From the NCBI GenBank assembly GCA_964373505.1, contig CAYJVC010000004.1, positions 5,916 through 69,915 of the forward strand: DNA of 64,000 nt. Direction: 5' to 3'. The DNA comes from an uncultured Planctomycetia bacterium. Lineage in GTDB: Bacteria; Omnitrophota; Gorgyraeia; 2-02-FULL-51-18. Below the pieces are notes generated by a model. That model was not told the DNA's origin and ran no database searches. It saw only the letters and a list, made by a program, of their open reading frames with translations. Of the stretch, positions 18,810-28,875 are shown piece by piece. The position numbers were made by a program, and so were the translations under genes. Position 1 is the stretch's first letter. The number at the start of each line of letters is the position of its first letter.

Positions 18810-19661
18810 TTATTTTTCGCTCGCTTTCGCAAGCCGGATCATGTTTCTGACCAGCATGACGTTCGTGACGGGCCCCACACCCCCCGGCACGGGGCTCAAA
18901 TAGGCCGCCCTTTTCCTCGCCGACTCGAACTCCACGTCCCCCACGATCTTTCCGTTCACGACGTTTTCGCCCACGTCGATCACGATCGAACCCGGTTTCA
19001 ACCATTGTCCTTTGATGAGGCCCGGTCTTCCGGCGGCCGCCACGACGATCTCGGCATTTTGTAGATGGCGCTTCAGGTTCTTTGTTTTTGAGTGACAAAC
19101 AGTCACGGTCGCATGTTTGTCCACGAGAAGCACCGCAATGGCTTTGCCGATCAAGTCACTTCGCCCGACCACCACCGCATTTTTTCCGGCGATATTGGGT
19201 TTGACCGATTCGATGAGCATGAGCGCCGCATTGGCGGTGGGCGAAAGAACCCCAAAACGGCCGAGCGTTCCCGTCAGGCGCTTTAAATAGGTCCTTCCCT
19301 CGACGTCCTTTGAAGGGCTCACATGGTCCAAGATGCGGGCGGGATCCAGGTGCGCGGGCAGCGGTGAAAACACGAGGATCCCCGTGATCTGGGGATTGCG
19401 GTTCAGCGCTTCGATCTTGTCCAGGACCATTTTTTCCGATTCGTTCTCCGAAAAGACGCACGGATTCCAACCGATCCCCGTGCGTTTGAGAAGCCGTCCC
19501 AGGTGTTTGGAATAGAGCGCGGCATCTTTGGCTTGGCCGACCTGCACGGTGGCGAGCGTCAGGTCGCAGCCTTTGGCGAGAAGCGTCTTTATTTCGCGAG
19601 CCGCACTCGACAAGTAGTCTTCAGCGATCTTTTTGCCGTTGATCAAGCGGGCCGTCGCCAT
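18810..19661 (-). CDS. folD: bifunctional methylenetetrahydrofolate dehydrogenase/methenyl-THF cyclohydrolase
   Basis: 283 aa with LINGKKIAEDY... and VVGRSDLIGKAIA, typical of FolD. Confidence 0.9.
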   Translation of the reverse strand: MATARLINGKKIAEDYLSSAAREIKTLLAKGCDLTLATVQVGQAKDAALYSKHLGRLLKRTGIGWNPCVFSENESEKMVLDKIEALNRNPQITGILVFSPLPAHLDPARILDHVSPSKDVEGRTYLKRLTGTLGRFGVLSPTANAALMLIESVKPNIAGKNAVVVGRSDLIGKAIAVLLVDKHATVTVCHSKTKNLKRHLQNAEIVVAAAGRPGLIKGQWLKPGSIVIDVGENVVNGKIVGDVEFESARKRAAYLSPVPGGVGPVTNVMLVRNMIRLAKASEK

Positions 19662-20356
19662 TGCCGAGCCTTCCTGATCTTATTCGCTTGTTTGAGCGAG
19701 CTTCTTTCGAGCGACTCGAGGCGAAGCCCCACCTTCGTGGCGTGTTTTTTGTCAAGCAGGCTTTTTAAATTTACTTCCACGTTCCATCGCGCGGCGCGGA
19801 ACGCGGCTTCCAGAAGAAGCGCGGCTTCCGCCAGGTCGCTCGCCAGCCAGCGACTTGTGCGGGAAACCTCCCCCACGGCCATCCGGAGACTTTCATGGCA
19901 AAGCGAGCAGACCTCCAAGGGGATTGCGGCGCACGTTTCGAGCGCCCTTTGATAAAAGGGGCCGGACCTCTTCTTTTTGCCGATCCTCGAAAGCCTTAAG
20001 AATGCCTGCGCGTCTTTTGTGGCAAGCGTCAAGAGGCCCCGTCTTATTTTTCGCAACTTTTTTAAATGCGCGGCCGATTTTTTGCTGAATTTTCTCTTCT
20101 GGTTGATCCCGGCCGTCATTTCAAGCAGTGCGACGCCCAGCGCCGCCGTGACCGAAGCCGCGCTTCCTCCGCCCGGGGTCACGGAGGAGGAAGCCAGCCT
20201 ATTTAGGAATTCATGAAGCGGCTGTTTTGAGAAATGGAGCCCCGCGGGTATGCCCGCAGCACCTTCTACTTTTGCCCGCGGGGCGGAATCCTGAGCAAAG
20301 ACCCCGCTCCTGGGCGGGGTCTGCGTCGAAGGATCAAAGGGGTTGGCGACATTCAA
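19643..20356 (-). CDS. formiminotransferase-cyclodeaminase C-domain-like / methenyl-THF cyclohydrolase (FchA-like)
   Basis: TPGGGSAASVTAALGVALLEMTAG motif characteristic of the FTCD_C cyclodeaminase family. Confidence 0.6.
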   Translation of the reverse strand: MNVANPFDPSTQTPPRSGVFAQDSAPRAKVEGAAGIPAGLHFSKQPLHEFLNRLASSSVTPGGGSAASVTAALGVALLEMTAGINQKRKFSKKSAAHLKKLRKIRRGLLTLATKDAQAFLRLSRIGKKKRSGPFYQRALETCAAIPLEVCSLCHESLRMAVGEVSRTSRWLASDLAEAALLLEAAFRAARWNVEVNLKSLLDKKHATKVGLRLESLERSSLKQANKIRKARQWRRPA

Positions 20357-20357
20357 A

Positions 20358-21518
20358 CTATTTACCCATTCCGACGCGTTGCGCTTGTTGGAATACCTTT
20401 CCCTCGGTGCGAATGGACGGTGCGATGATGAGTTCGGTCAGTTGAAGCTCGCGGATATTGCTCGCGCCGACGTTTCCCATGCAGGTTTGAAGCGCGCCCA
20501 TGAGGTTTTGGCTTCCGTCATCGAGCCTCGCCGGGCCGTAAAGAATTTCTTCCAAGGTTCCCGTGGTGCCCACGTGAATGCGGGTGCCGCGCGGAAGGTT
20601 CGCGTGAGGCGTGGCCATGCCCCAATGAGTGCCGCCGCCCGGCGCTTCCTTGGCCCTCGCGAACGCCGAACCCACCATGACGGCGTCCGAGCCGCAGGCA
20701 AACGCTTTGCAGATATCGCCGCCCGTGCTCATTCCGCCGTCGGCGATGATCGGGACGTATTTTCCGTGTTTTTTATAATAGAAATCGCGCGCGGCCGCCG
20801 CATCGCAAATCGCAGTGACCTGCGGCACGCCCAGTCCTAAGACGCCGCGTGTGGTGCAAGCGGCGCCGGGCCCGATGCCGATGAGAAGGCCCGCGGCTTG
20901 GGTGTCCATAAGTTCGAGTGTGGTCTGGTAGGTCACACAGTTGCCGATGATGACGGGGATCTTTAAGGATCTGCAGAATTTGGCCAGATCAAGAGTCTTG
21001 TATTCCGTTGAAATATGCCGGACCGTCGAGACGGTGGACTGGACGATGAAAATATCGCAGCCGGCGTGCTGCGCAATTTTTCCGAATTCCTGGGCGCGTT
21101 GCGGAATGCTCGATACGCAGGCGACACCGCCCCGTTTTTTGATCTCTTGGATACGTTTTGCGACGAGTTTTTCCCGGACCGGCTGTCGGTAGAGGGACTG
21201 GATGAGGTGGGTAGATTCCTCGAAGTTTGCTCGGGCGATCTTCTTCAAGACTTCGGAAGGATTTTCATACCGCGTTTGCACACCCTCCAGGTTCAGGCAC
21301 GCGACGCCGCCCAGTTTGGACATGCGGACGGCAAAGTTCACATCCACGACGCCGTCCATCGCCGAAGCGATGATCGGCACGCGGAACTTCCTCTTGCCGA
21401 CCTGCCAGGCGGTGTCCACCTCATTGGGGTTGATCGTCACCGAACCGGGCACAAGTGCTATTTCATCAAATCCGTAGCAGCGCCTGGCTTTTCTCCCCCG
21501 TCCCAACCACATCCCCAT
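20358..21518 (-). CDS. IMP dehydrogenase / GMP reductase family protein lacking a CBS pair
   Basis: GFDEIALVPG start and a catalytic loop GIGPGAACTTR; at 386 aa it is too short to contain CBS domains. Confidence 0.7.
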   Translation of the reverse strand: MGMWLGRGRKARRCYGFDEIALVPGSVTINPNEVDTAWQVGKRKFRVPIIASAMDGVVDVNFAVRMSKLGGVACLNLEGVQTRYENPSEVLKKIARANFEESTHLIQSLYRQPVREKLVAKRIQEIKKRGGVACVSSIPQRAQEFGKIAQHAGCDIFIVQSTVSTVRHISTEYKTLDLAKFCRSLKIPVIIGNCVTYQTTLELMDTQAAGLLIGIGPGAACTTRGVLGLGVPQVTAICDAAAARDFYYKKHGKYVPIIADGGMSTGGDICKAFACGSDAVMVGSAFARAKEAPGGGTHWGMATPHANLPRGTRIHVGTTGTLEEILYGPARLDDGSQNLMGALQTCMGNVGASNIRELQLTELIIAPSIRTEGKVFQQAQRVGMGK

Positions 21519-21536
21519 AAATTTTTTCTCCTTATT

Positions 21537-22037
21537 TTAGAATCTCGTTTTGACCTCAGGTTTAGCCTGTTCAAGGATCGGTTCTGTTGTATCCGTCGTA
21601 GCGCCCGCGGCTCCGCTCACCACCTGGCCGACGCCGGGAATGGGTGCGGTGACCGTGCTCGCGGCTTGCCCGGTTTTAACCAATACGTCCTGAACGGCCT
21701 CTCCCAACGGCAGCGAATCACGCTTGGGGGTCGCGACGCCGGTTTTCGTGATTTTCGTGATCCGCACATCGCCTTTTTTGTCTTCGATGGTGAATTCGAC
21801 GAGGTCATGGCGGTTGATCTCTTTCAGGAGCTTTGGCGAGGCGACGACAAACTCGGTCTCATCACCGCCCACGAAGCCTTCGATCGGCTTGTGTTTGAGC
21901 GTTACACGGGAATAAACCGGGTCCGAGCTTACCACTTCTCCGCTGCCTTCAAACTGTTTTGGGGCCGAATCGCCTGAAAATGCGTAAGAGGTTAGGAATA
22001 AAGCGGTAAGAGTAAAAAAGAAAGCTTCTTTTCTCAT
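21537..22037 (-). CDS. hypothetical secreted protein
   Basis: Signal peptide MRKEAFFFTLTALFLTSYAFSG. This is the first gene after the groEL terminator. Confidence 0.5.
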   Translation of the reverse strand: MRKEAFFFTLTALFLTSYAFSGDSAPKQFEGSGEVVSSDPVYSRVTLKHKPIEGFVGGDETEFVVASPKLLKEINRHDLVEFTIEDKKGDVRITKITKTGVATPKRDSLPLGEAVQDVLVKTGQAASTVTAPIPGVGQVVSGAAGATTDTTEPILEQAKPEVKTRF

Positions 22038-22076
22038 GGAAGACTCCGTGATTAATTGGGGTTGAATAAGGGCGTT

Positions 22077-22106
22077 ATTTTATCAGAAGTGGGAGGAAAA
22101 TGACAA
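22077..22106 (-). promoter_or_regulatory. putative sigma70 promoter (TTGTCA-18-TGnTAAAAT) for the 21537-22037 gene
   Basis: Read on the minus strand there is a -35 TTGTCA and an extended -10 TGATAAAAT, followed by ACGGAG 7 nt before the ATG. Confidence 0.4.
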
Positions 22107-22110
22107 TAAA

Positions 22111-22150
22111 AAACCCGGGCTCTTCGAATGAAGAACCCGGGGTTTTTTAT
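22111..22150 (-). terminator. rho-independent terminator after groEL (hairpin flanked by A- and T-tracts, potentially bidirectional)
   Basis: aaaaaaCCCGGGCTCTTCgaatGAAGAACCCGGGgttttttat forms an 11/12-bp stem with a U-tract on the minus-strand transcript. Confidence 0.7.
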
Positions 22151-22211
22151 AAAAACTTAACGGACTTGTTCTCCGAAGCCAAAGACGCGAAAGCGCTTTG
22201 GCGAAGGAGAA

Positions 22212-23846
22212 TCAATACATCCCTCCGCCCATTCCGCCCCCCGGGGGCATGGCGGGCATGGCCGACTTGTTCTCCTCGGGAAGATCGGTGATCAGCGACT
22301 CGGTGGTCAAGAGAAGTGCCGCAATGGAGGCGGCGTTCTGCAGGGCCGTACGGGTCACCTTGGCGGGGTCAATGACACCCGCATCGATGAGGTCCTCGTA
22401 TTTGTCATTATTGACGTTATAGCCGATGTTACCGGACTCGTTCTTTACCCGGTCGACGACCACGTCGCCGACGGCGCCCGCGTTGAACGCGAGCTGGCGC
22501 AAAGGCTCGTCGATGGCGCGCTTGATGATCTGCGCGCCCACCAGTTCGTCGCCTTTAAGGTCCATCCTCTCGAGCGCTTTGCTTGAGCGGATCAGCGCTA
22601 CGCCGCCGCCGGGGACAATTCCCTCTTCCACCGCGGCGCGAGTCGCATGAAGCGCATCCTCGACTCTTGCCTTTTTTTCTTTCATTTCCGTTTCGGTCGC
22701 GGCGCCGACATTGATGACCGCTACACCCCCGGCGAGCTTGGCCAGGCGCTCCTGGAGCTTTTCCTTGTCGTAATCGGAGTCGGAGTCCTCGATCTGCTTT
22801 TTGATCGTCGCGATGCGGCCGTTGATGTCCGCTGTTTTTCCGCCGCCTTGGATGATCGTCGTATCTTCTTTGTCGATCGTGACGCGCTTGGCGCGGCCGA
22901 GATCTTCAACGCGCACATTCTCAAGCTTGATCCCAAGGTCCTCGGTGATGGCCTTGCCGCCGGTCACGACCGCGATATCCCCCAACATTTCCTTGCGGCG
23001 GTCGCCGTACCCGGGCGCCTTGACCGCGCAGACTTGCAGAGTGCCGCGTAATTTGTTGACAACGAGTGTCGCCAGCGCCTCGCCCTCGGTCTCTTCGGAG
23101 ATGATGAGAAGCGGCTTGCCGCCTTTGGCGACCTTTTCGAGGATGGGCAGAAGATCCTTCATTGAAGAAACCTTCTTTTCGTGGATCAGAATGTAGGCAT
23201 CCTCCAGCGTCGCTTCCATGCGATCGGGGTCCGTCACAAAGTACGGTGAGAGGTAGCCCTGGTCAAACTGCATGCCCTCTACGACGTCAAGCGTCGTCGC
23301 CGTCGATTTGGCTTCCTCCACGGTGATCACGCCGTCCTTGCCGACTTTTTCCATCGCTTGGGCGATCAGATCACCGATCTCGCTGTCATTGTTCGCGGCG
23401 ATCGTGGCGACCTGCGCTATTTCTTTCTTGCCTTTGATGGGTTTGGAAAGCTTTTTCAGGTTTTCCACGACCTGCTCGACGGCCTGTTCGATCCCGCGCT
23501 TAAGGGCCATGGGATTTGCGCCGGCCGTGACATTCTTCAAGCCTTCGCGGAATATCGCTTCGGCGAGGACCGTCGCGGTGGTCGTACCGTCGCCGGCGTT
23601 GTCACTGGTTTTTGAAGCGACTTCCTTGACCATTTCAGCGCCCATATTCTCGTACGGGTCCTTCAGCTCGATCTCCTTAGCCACGGTCACGCCGTCCTTG
23701 GTGATCGTAGGTGAGCCGAATTTCTTGTCGATGCAGACGTTGCGACCCTTGGGCCCCAGCGTCACTTTGACCGCGCGGGCCAGTTGCTCAACACCGCGGA
23801 GAACCGAGCGTCTGGCTTCGTCGCTATACAGTAATTGTTTTGCCAT
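22212..23846 (-). CDS. groL: chaperonin GroEL
   Basis: 544 aa with the ATPase motif [10 protein letters not shown] and a C-terminal GGM repeat tail ([10 protein letters not shown]). Confidence 0.95.
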   Translation of the reverse strand: MAKQLLYSDEARRSVLRGVEQLARAVKVTLGPKGRNVCIDKKFGSPTITKDGVTVAKEIELKDPYENMGAEMVKEVASKTSDNAGDGTTTATVLAEAIFREGLKNVTAGANPMALKRGIEQAVEQVVENLKKLSKPIKGKKEIAQVATIAANNDSEIGDLIAQAMEKVGKDGVITVEEAKSTATTLDVVEGMQFDQGYLSPYFVTDPDRMEATLEDAYILIHEKKVSSMKDLLPILEKVAKGGKPLLIISEETEGEALATLVVNKLRGTLQVCAVKAPGYGDRRKEMLGDIAVVTGGKAITEDLGIKLENVRVEDLGRAKRVTIDKEDTTIIQGGGKTADINGRIATIKKQIEDSDSDYDKEKLQERLAKLAGGVAVINVGAATETEMKEKKARVEDALHATRAAVEEGIVPGGGVALIRSSKALERMDLKGDELVGAQIIKRAIDEPLRQLAFNAGAVGDVVVDRVKNESGNIGYNVNNDKYEDLIDAGVIDPAKVTRTALQNAASIAALLLTTESLITDLPEENKSAMPAMPPGGGMGGGMY

Positions 23847-23874
23847 GACTTGAACTCCTCCTGTTTCCGTTTAC

Positions 23875-24171
23875 TTAATTAAGGATCGCTAAAATGTCGT
23901 CTTCCTTGATGATGAGGTAGTCACCCACGCCGATCTTGACTTCGGTGCCGGCATACTTTCCGAAAAGCACCTGATCGTTGACTTTCACTTCCAGCGGGGT
24001 CAATTTCCCTTCTTCGCTGACGCGGCCCTTGCCCACCGCGATTACTTTCCCGCGCTGTTGCTTCTCCTTGGCCGTGTCCGGGATCACGATGCCGCCGGAT
24101 GATTTTTCCTCAGCCTCAAGCGGTTCCACCAAAACCCTGTCACCTAAAGGTTGTATCTTCGAGTTTGCCAT
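23875..24171 (-). CDS. groS: co-chaperonin GroES
   Basis: 98 aa reading [32 protein letters not shown]. Confidence 0.95.
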   Translation of the reverse strand: MANSKIQPLGDRVLVEPLEAEEKSSGGIVIPDTAKEKQQRGKVIAVGKGRVSEEGKLTPLEVKVNDQVLFGKYAGTEVKIGVGDYLIIKEDDILAILN

Positions 24172-24197
24172 TCTACCCTCCTGTTAAACTTGTGTTG

Positions 24198-24224
24198 TTA
24201 GCACTCACCTTTATTGAGTGCCAG
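24198..24224 (-). promoter_or_regulatory. CIRCE operator (HrcA binding site) upstream of groES
   Basis: TTAGCACTC-N9-GAGTGCCAG matches the CIRCE consensus TTAGCACTC-N9-GAGTGCTAA at 16 of 18 positions. Confidence 0.8.
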
Positions 24225-24230
24225 TAGTTG

Positions 24231-24258
24231 ATTCTATGGATTATCGGGATTTTGTCAA
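24231..24258 (-). promoter_or_regulatory. sigma70-type promoter for groESL (TTGACA-16-TAGAAT) immediately upstream of CIRCE
   Basis: Read on the minus strand there is a -35 TTGACA and a -10 TAGAAT separated by 16 nt. Confidence 0.6.
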
Positions 24259-25008
24259 GAACTTTTTTTGATAGCTCAAAAGGATGCCCCGGAGGGTCAA
24301 ATGGGGCTCAATTTTACGGATGGAACGGCAGTAGCGGGACATAAACGGCGCATAACCCCCCGTCGCGATAACTACGGGGTTAAACTGCCTGTATTTTTTA
24401 ATAATTTCGACGATCCGGTCACAGAGCCCCCCTATTCCGAAGCTGCAACCGGCGCGGATACTCTCCACCGTATCGGCCCCGAGGACGCTTCTGGGATGTG
24501 AAAGCCGGATACGGGGTAAGAGCGCCGTTTGCTGGAACAGCGCCTCCAGGCTTATTTCAATACCCGGGGCGATCACGCCGCCGAGGTATTCCCCTTGCCT
24601 TGAAACCACGTCAAATGTGATCGCGGTGCCGAAATCGATCACAATGGCTTCTTTTTTATACTTTTCAAACACCGCCACCGCGTTCATCAAACGGTCCATG
24701 CCGACCTGCCTCGGGTTCCTGTATCGGTTGACGATCGGCGCTTTAAGGTCCCGGCCGATCACCAAGGTCCGGAGGGCAAGTTTCCTCGACAGCTCTTTTT
24801 TTAGGAAACGATCGACGGATGGCACGACGCTTGCGATGACCGCCGAGTCTATGCGCTTAAGCGGGAAATTCCTGCGCGCCGCAGTGCAAATGCGATTTTT
24901 GTATCCGCGGGTGGGGATCCGAGCGGTTTTCACGAGCCGGTTGCCCGAGAAAAAAGCGAGCAGAATGCTCGAATTTCCGACGTCGATCGCAAGAATGTTA
25001 TTTTTCAT
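24241..25008 (-). CDS. coaX: type III pantothenate kinase
   Basis: [20 protein letters not shown] start. The track ORF has a 27-aa upstream extension overlapping the birA 3' end. Confidence 0.85.
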   Translation of the reverse strand: MKNNILAIDVGNSSILLAFFSGNRLVKTARIPTRGYKNRICTAARRNFPLKRIDSAVIASVVPSVDRFLKKELSRKLALRTLVIGRDLKAPIVNRYRNPRQVGMDRLMNAVAVFEKYKKEAIVIDFGTAITFDVVSRQGEYLGGVIAPGIEISLEALFQQTALLPRIRLSHPRSVLGADTVESIRAGCSFGIGGLCDRIVEIIKKYRQFNPVVIATGGYAPFMSRYCRSIRKIEPHLTLRGILLSYQKKFLTKSR

Positions 25009-25960
25009 GATGGACGTCGCCCGCAAGTATTTTTTCCTGAAGACCCGAATCCGTGCGGATCCATAAGGCGCCTTCCTTGTCGATGCCAAGGGCGGTCCCT
25101 TGGATCTTTCGGCCCATCACGGTTGCGGTCACCCGTTTTCCAGAAGTCGACGAAAACTCTTCCCAATTTTTGCCGAGCGTTTCGAAATCCCTCTTCTTGA
25201 GGTGCGTATAATCGGATTCAAGCGTTTCAAGGAGTCTTTGGGCGATCTCGACGCGCGAGTGCGGCATGCCTGTGATCTCTTTCAACGAGGTGGCGCCTTT
25301 CACGAGTTCCCCTGCGCCCGCATTCACATTGATCCCGATCCCCACAACGACGAAATTCACGCGATCAGGCTCCGAGCTCATCTCGGTCAAAATACCACAA
25401 AGCTTCTTTTCTTGGAATAAGACGTCATTTGGCCATTTGATATGAAATCCGCACCCTGTCAGGGTTCTTAGGGTCTTCACGACCGAGACGGCCGCCATCA
25501 GCGTCACCTTCGACACTTCCGTCGGGGACAACTCGGGCCTCAAGAGCACCGAAACCAATATATTCTTGTATTTCGGGGACACCCAGCTCCGGCCGAGACG
25601 CCCGCGGCCTCGGGTCTGGTGTTCGGCGAATACGCACACACCCTCTTTCAAGCCCTCTTCGCCCAGATGGAACACCGCATCATTGGTTGAGCGGGTCTCC
25701 TCGTAAGAAATGATCTGCCGGCCGATAAATTTGGTTCTAAGTCCTGCGGCCAATTCATCCGGAAACAGTCGATCGGGGATCCCGAGGAGCCGGTACCCGA
25801 GATGCGGCTCGGCGCCGATCTCATAACCCAAATGTCGGAGGGTCTGGATCTCCTTCCATACGGCGGAGCGCGACACCTTGAGCCTCTTGGAGATCTCCTC
25901 TCCGGAGAGGAAGCCCGCTTTCTCTTCTCGTAAGAACGCTAAAACCGCATTGTCTTTCAT
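24998..25960 (-). CDS. birA: bifunctional biotin--[acetyl-CoA-carboxylase] ligase and biotin operon repressor
   Basis: N-terminal HTH ([32 protein letters not shown]), a GRGRLGRSW motif, and the usual birA-coaX adjacency. Confidence 0.9.
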   Translation of the reverse strand: MKDNAVLAFLREEKAGFLSGEEISKRLKVSRSAVWKEIQTLRHLGYEIGAEPHLGYRLLGIPDRLFPDELAAGLRTKFIGRQIISYEETRSTNDAVFHLGEEGLKEGVCVFAEHQTRGRGRLGRSWVSPKYKNILVSVLLRPELSPTEVSKVTLMAAVSVVKTLRTLTGCGFHIKWPNDVLFQEKKLCGILTEMSSEPDRVNFVVVGIGINVNAGAGELVKGATSLKEITGMPHSRVEIAQRLLETLESDYTHLKKRDFETLGKNWEEFSSTSGKRVTATVMGRKIQGTALGIDKEGALWIRTDSGLQEKILAGDVHHEK

Positions 25961-27954
25961 ACGTTGACGCTTTTTTCTTTCTCCAGCTTTTTTTGAATGG
26001 ATTTGATCTGGTCGCGCAAAAGGATCGCCCGTTCGAACTGGAGGTTGTGCGCCGCCTCCTCCATCTCGGCCTCGAGATCGCTTAAGACCTGCAGGACATC
26101 CCCGACCCCCTCCGGAAGCCCCGCCGCCTCCTTCACGATCTCCCGCGCTTTCTTAATGGCCTCGATCCCCTCCCTTATTTCTTTCCGGATGGTCGTGGGT
26201 GTGATGCGATGCTTTTTGTTGTACTCCGCTTGCAGCTTGCGGCGGCGTGTCGTTTCCTGGATCATCTTTCGCATGGACTCCGTCACCGTGTCGGCGTACA
26301 GGATGACCTGGCCGCGGACGTGCCGCGCCGCTCGGCCCGCGACCTGGATCAGGGAGGTTTGGCTTCTCAAAAAGCCTTCCTTGTCCGCATCGAGCACGAC
26401 GACCAGCGAAACTTCCGGCAGGTCAATGCCTTCCCTTAAAAGATTGATCCCCACGAGGCAATCGAATTTTCGAAGCCGCAGGTCCCGCAGGATCTCAACG
26501 CGCTCGATCGCGTCGATCTCAGAGTGGAGGTATTTTACGCGGATGTCCGCCGTTTTCAGGTAATCCGCAAGTTCCTCGGCCATGCGTTTCGTGAGCGTGG
26601 TGACGATCACACGCTCTTTGTCCCTCGCGCGTTTTTTTACCTCTTCCATGAGATCGTCGATCTGGCCCCGCGTGGGCCGCACCTCCACCGGCGGGTCGAG
26701 GAGCCCCGTCGGCCGGATGAGCTGCTCCACGATGCGGGCCGATCTCCTGAGCTCGTAATCGGACGGTGTCGCGGACATGAACACGAGCTGTTTGGCGAAC
26801 GCTTCAAATTCTTCGAATCTCAAAGGCCGGTTGTCGAGCGCCGACGGAAGCCGGAAACCGTACTCCACGAGCGTTTCTTTGCGGGCACGGTCGCCGAAAT
26901 ACATGCCGCGGATCTGCGGGATCGTGATGTGTGATTCGTCGATCACCGTCAGAAAATCCTCGGGAAAATAATCCATGAGGCAATAGGGGCGCGACCCCGG
27001 CGGGCGCCCCGTGAGGGTGCGGGAATAATTCTCTATCCCTGAGCAAAAACCGAGCTCCCGCATCATTTCCATGTCGTAACGCGTCCTCTGCTCAAGACGT
27101 TGGGCCTCCACGAGCTTATTTTGCGATCCCAGTTCCCTCAAGCGCTCCTCGAGTTCTTTTTCTATGCCCACGAGCGCTTGTTCAAGCCGCGTCTGGGTGG
27201 TCACAAAGTGCTTGGCGGGATAGATTGCGCCGGATTCGAGCGACTGAAGCGCTTTTCCTGTCAGCGGATCGATACGCGAGAGCCTTTTTATTTCCTCCCA
27301 TTCGTATTCGATCCGGATCGCGGTCTCCTCATAGGCGAGAAACACCTCCACCACGTCCCCCCGGACCCGGAAAGCGCCGCGCTTGAAATCCACATCGTTT
27401 CTCTGGTACTGGATATCCACGAGTTTTTTTAAAAGTTCCTCCCGCGGAAGGCGCCGGCCGAGCTTAAGAAAAACAAGCATTTCCGAGTACTCCGCCGGCG
27501 AGCCCAATCCGTAGATCGCGGACACGGACGCGACCACAAGGCAGTCGCGGCGTGACAGGAGCGAACTTGTCGCGCGAAGCCGGAGCCTGTCGATGTCTTC
27601 ATTGATCGAAGAATCTTTTTCAATGTAAGTGTCGGTCGTCGGAATATAAGCCTCCGGCTGATAATAGTCGTAATAACTTACGAAGTACTCCACCGCGTTT
27701 TCGGGGAAGATCTTCTTGAATTCACTGTAAAGCTGAGCGGCCAGAGTCTTGTTGTGGGACAAGACGAGCGTCGGACGGCTTAAGTTCGCGATCACGTGGG
27801 CCATCGTGAAAGTTTTGCCGCTGCCGGTGACGCCCAGAAGCGTCTGGGCACGCTCGCCGGCCAGGAGGCCCTGCGTTAGTTTTTCGATGGCCTGCGGCTG
27901 GTCCCCCTTCGGGGTCATTTTAGACTGTATTTTAAAGTTCATACTCCGCGTCAC
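25957..27954 (-). CDS. uvrB: excinuclease ABC subunit B
   Basis: 665 aa with [14 protein letters not shown] Walker A, GDQPQAI, and a C-terminal UvrB/UvrC interaction region. Confidence 0.95.
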   Translation of the reverse strand: MTRSMNFKIQSKMTPKGDQPQAIEKLTQGLLAGERAQTLLGVTGSGKTFTMAHVIANLSRPTLVLSHNKTLAAQLYSEFKKIFPENAVEYFVSYYDYYQPEAYIPTTDTYIEKDSSINEDIDRLRLRATSSLLSRRDCLVVASVSAIYGLGSPAEYSEMLVFLKLGRRLPREELLKKLVDIQYQRNDVDFKRGAFRVRGDVVEVFLAYEETAIRIEYEWEEIKRLSRIDPLTGKALQSLESGAIYPAKHFVTTQTRLEQALVGIEKELEERLRELGSQNKLVEAQRLEQRTRYDMEMMRELGFCSGIENYSRTLTGRPPGSRPYCLMDYFPEDFLTVIDESHITIPQIRGMYFGDRARKETLVEYGFRLPSALDNRPLRFEEFEAFAKQLVFMSATPSDYELRRSARIVEQLIRPTGLLDPPVEVRPTRGQIDDLMEEVKKRARDKERVIVTTLTKRMAEELADYLKTADIRVKYLHSEIDAIERVEILRDLRLRKFDCLVGINLLREGIDLPEVSLVVVLDADKEGFLRSQTSLIQVAGRAARHVRGQVILYADTVTESMRKMIQETTRRRKLQAEYNKKHRITPTTIRKEIREGIEAIKKAREIVKEAAGLPEGVGDVLQVLSDLEAEMEEAAHNLQFERAILLRDQIKSIQKKLEKEKSVNV

Positions 27955-27968
27955 CCGCGAATGTCACG

Positions 27969-28820
27969 TCAACCGACGATGTCGAGCGCCACGTCGATGG
28001 AAGGCGCGTGGTGCGTCAGAGCGCCCACGGAGATCCTCTCCACCCCTGTTTGGGCGTAGTCCAGCACATTGTCGAGCGTGATGCTGCCTGAGGCCTCAAA
28101 AAGGATCTTGCCGCCCGTTCTCCTTCTTAGGTTGACCGCTTCACGCACGCTCTCCACGCTCATATTGTCGAGGAGAATATAGTCGACCGGTGTTTTCAGG
28201 GCTTCTTTCAGTTCCATGAGATTTTTTACCTCGACCCCGACAAGGGCGCGCTTCAACACGGACTCTTTTAAACGGGAAACGACGGAGCCAATGGATTCCT
28301 TCCGGAGGATCCTCAGGTGATTGTCCTTGATGAGCGCCTGGTCGTACAGCCCCATGCGGTGGTTCAGGCCGCCGCCCCTTGCGACCGCGTATTTTTCAAA
28401 AAGCCTCAAACCGGGCGTAGTCTTGCGCGTGTCCAGGATGTTGGCCTGCGTATTTTTCACTTTCTCGACGAATTCACGGGTGCGCGTGGCGACCCCTGAA
28501 AGATGGCTTAAGAAATTGAGCGCTGCGCGTTCCGCGATCAAAATGGAGGCGGCTGAACCTTCAATATAAGCCACTTCGCGGTTTTTTTCGATCCTTTCTC
28601 CGTCCCGGGCCACCGGGAGAAAGCGTAGGTCTTCGTCGACCAGGCGGAACACGCGTTCGGCGATCTGGAGGCCGCACAGGATGCCGGCCTCTTTGAATTC
28701 AATATCCGCTTTGATGTGCCGGTCTTTGGGGATGATCGAAGAGGTCGTGATGTCTTTCGACCCCACGTCTTCCCGGATGGCCTGCTTGACGATCGGGTCT
28801 ATCTGGCTTATCTGGAGCAT
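27969..28820 (-). CDS. nadC: nicotinate-nucleotide pyrophosphorylase (carboxylating)
   Basis: QPRTase-like body. I prefer the start at ATG MLQISQ (28820); the track start (TTG at 28871) would read through the family-B hairpin. Confidence 0.75.
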   Translation of the reverse strand: MLQISQIDPIVKQAIREDVGSKDITTSSIIPKDRHIKADIEFKEAGILCGLQIAERVFRLVDEDLRFLPVARDGERIEKNREVAYIEGSAASILIAERAALNFLSHLSGVATRTREFVEKVKNTQANILDTRKTTPGLRLFEKYAVARGGGLNHRMGLYDQALIKDNHLRILRKESIGSVVSRLKESVLKRALVGVEVKNLMELKEALKTPVDYILLDNMSVESVREAVNLRRRTGGKILFEASGSITLDNVLDYAQTGVERISVGALTHHAPSIDVALDIVG

Positions 28821-28833
28821 TGAAGTTCTCTCT

Positions 28834-28871
28834 TGACTTCGACGGGTCCTGCCGCTTCGGCTCGAAGTCAA
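28834..28871 (-). repeat. short family-B hairpin (copy B1) between valS and nadC
   Basis: TTGACTTCGACGGGTCCTGCCGCTTCGGCTCGAAGTCAA shares the core TTCGACGGGTCCTGCCGCT with copies at 50377-50487 and 57685-57828. Confidence 0.6.
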
Positions 28872-28875
28872 ACAG

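Noticed and set aside
22111-22150. Possibility that the groEL terminator hairpin is another family-A/B copy
   Set aside because: It has no sequence similarity to either family. It is flanked by classical A/T tracts and sits at a genuine operon end followed by a promoter.
28834-28871. Hairpin after valS as its transcription terminator
   Set aside because: There is no U-run downstream on the minus-strand transcript. The sequence shares its core with the two family-B repeats, so it is better explained as a repeat remnant.
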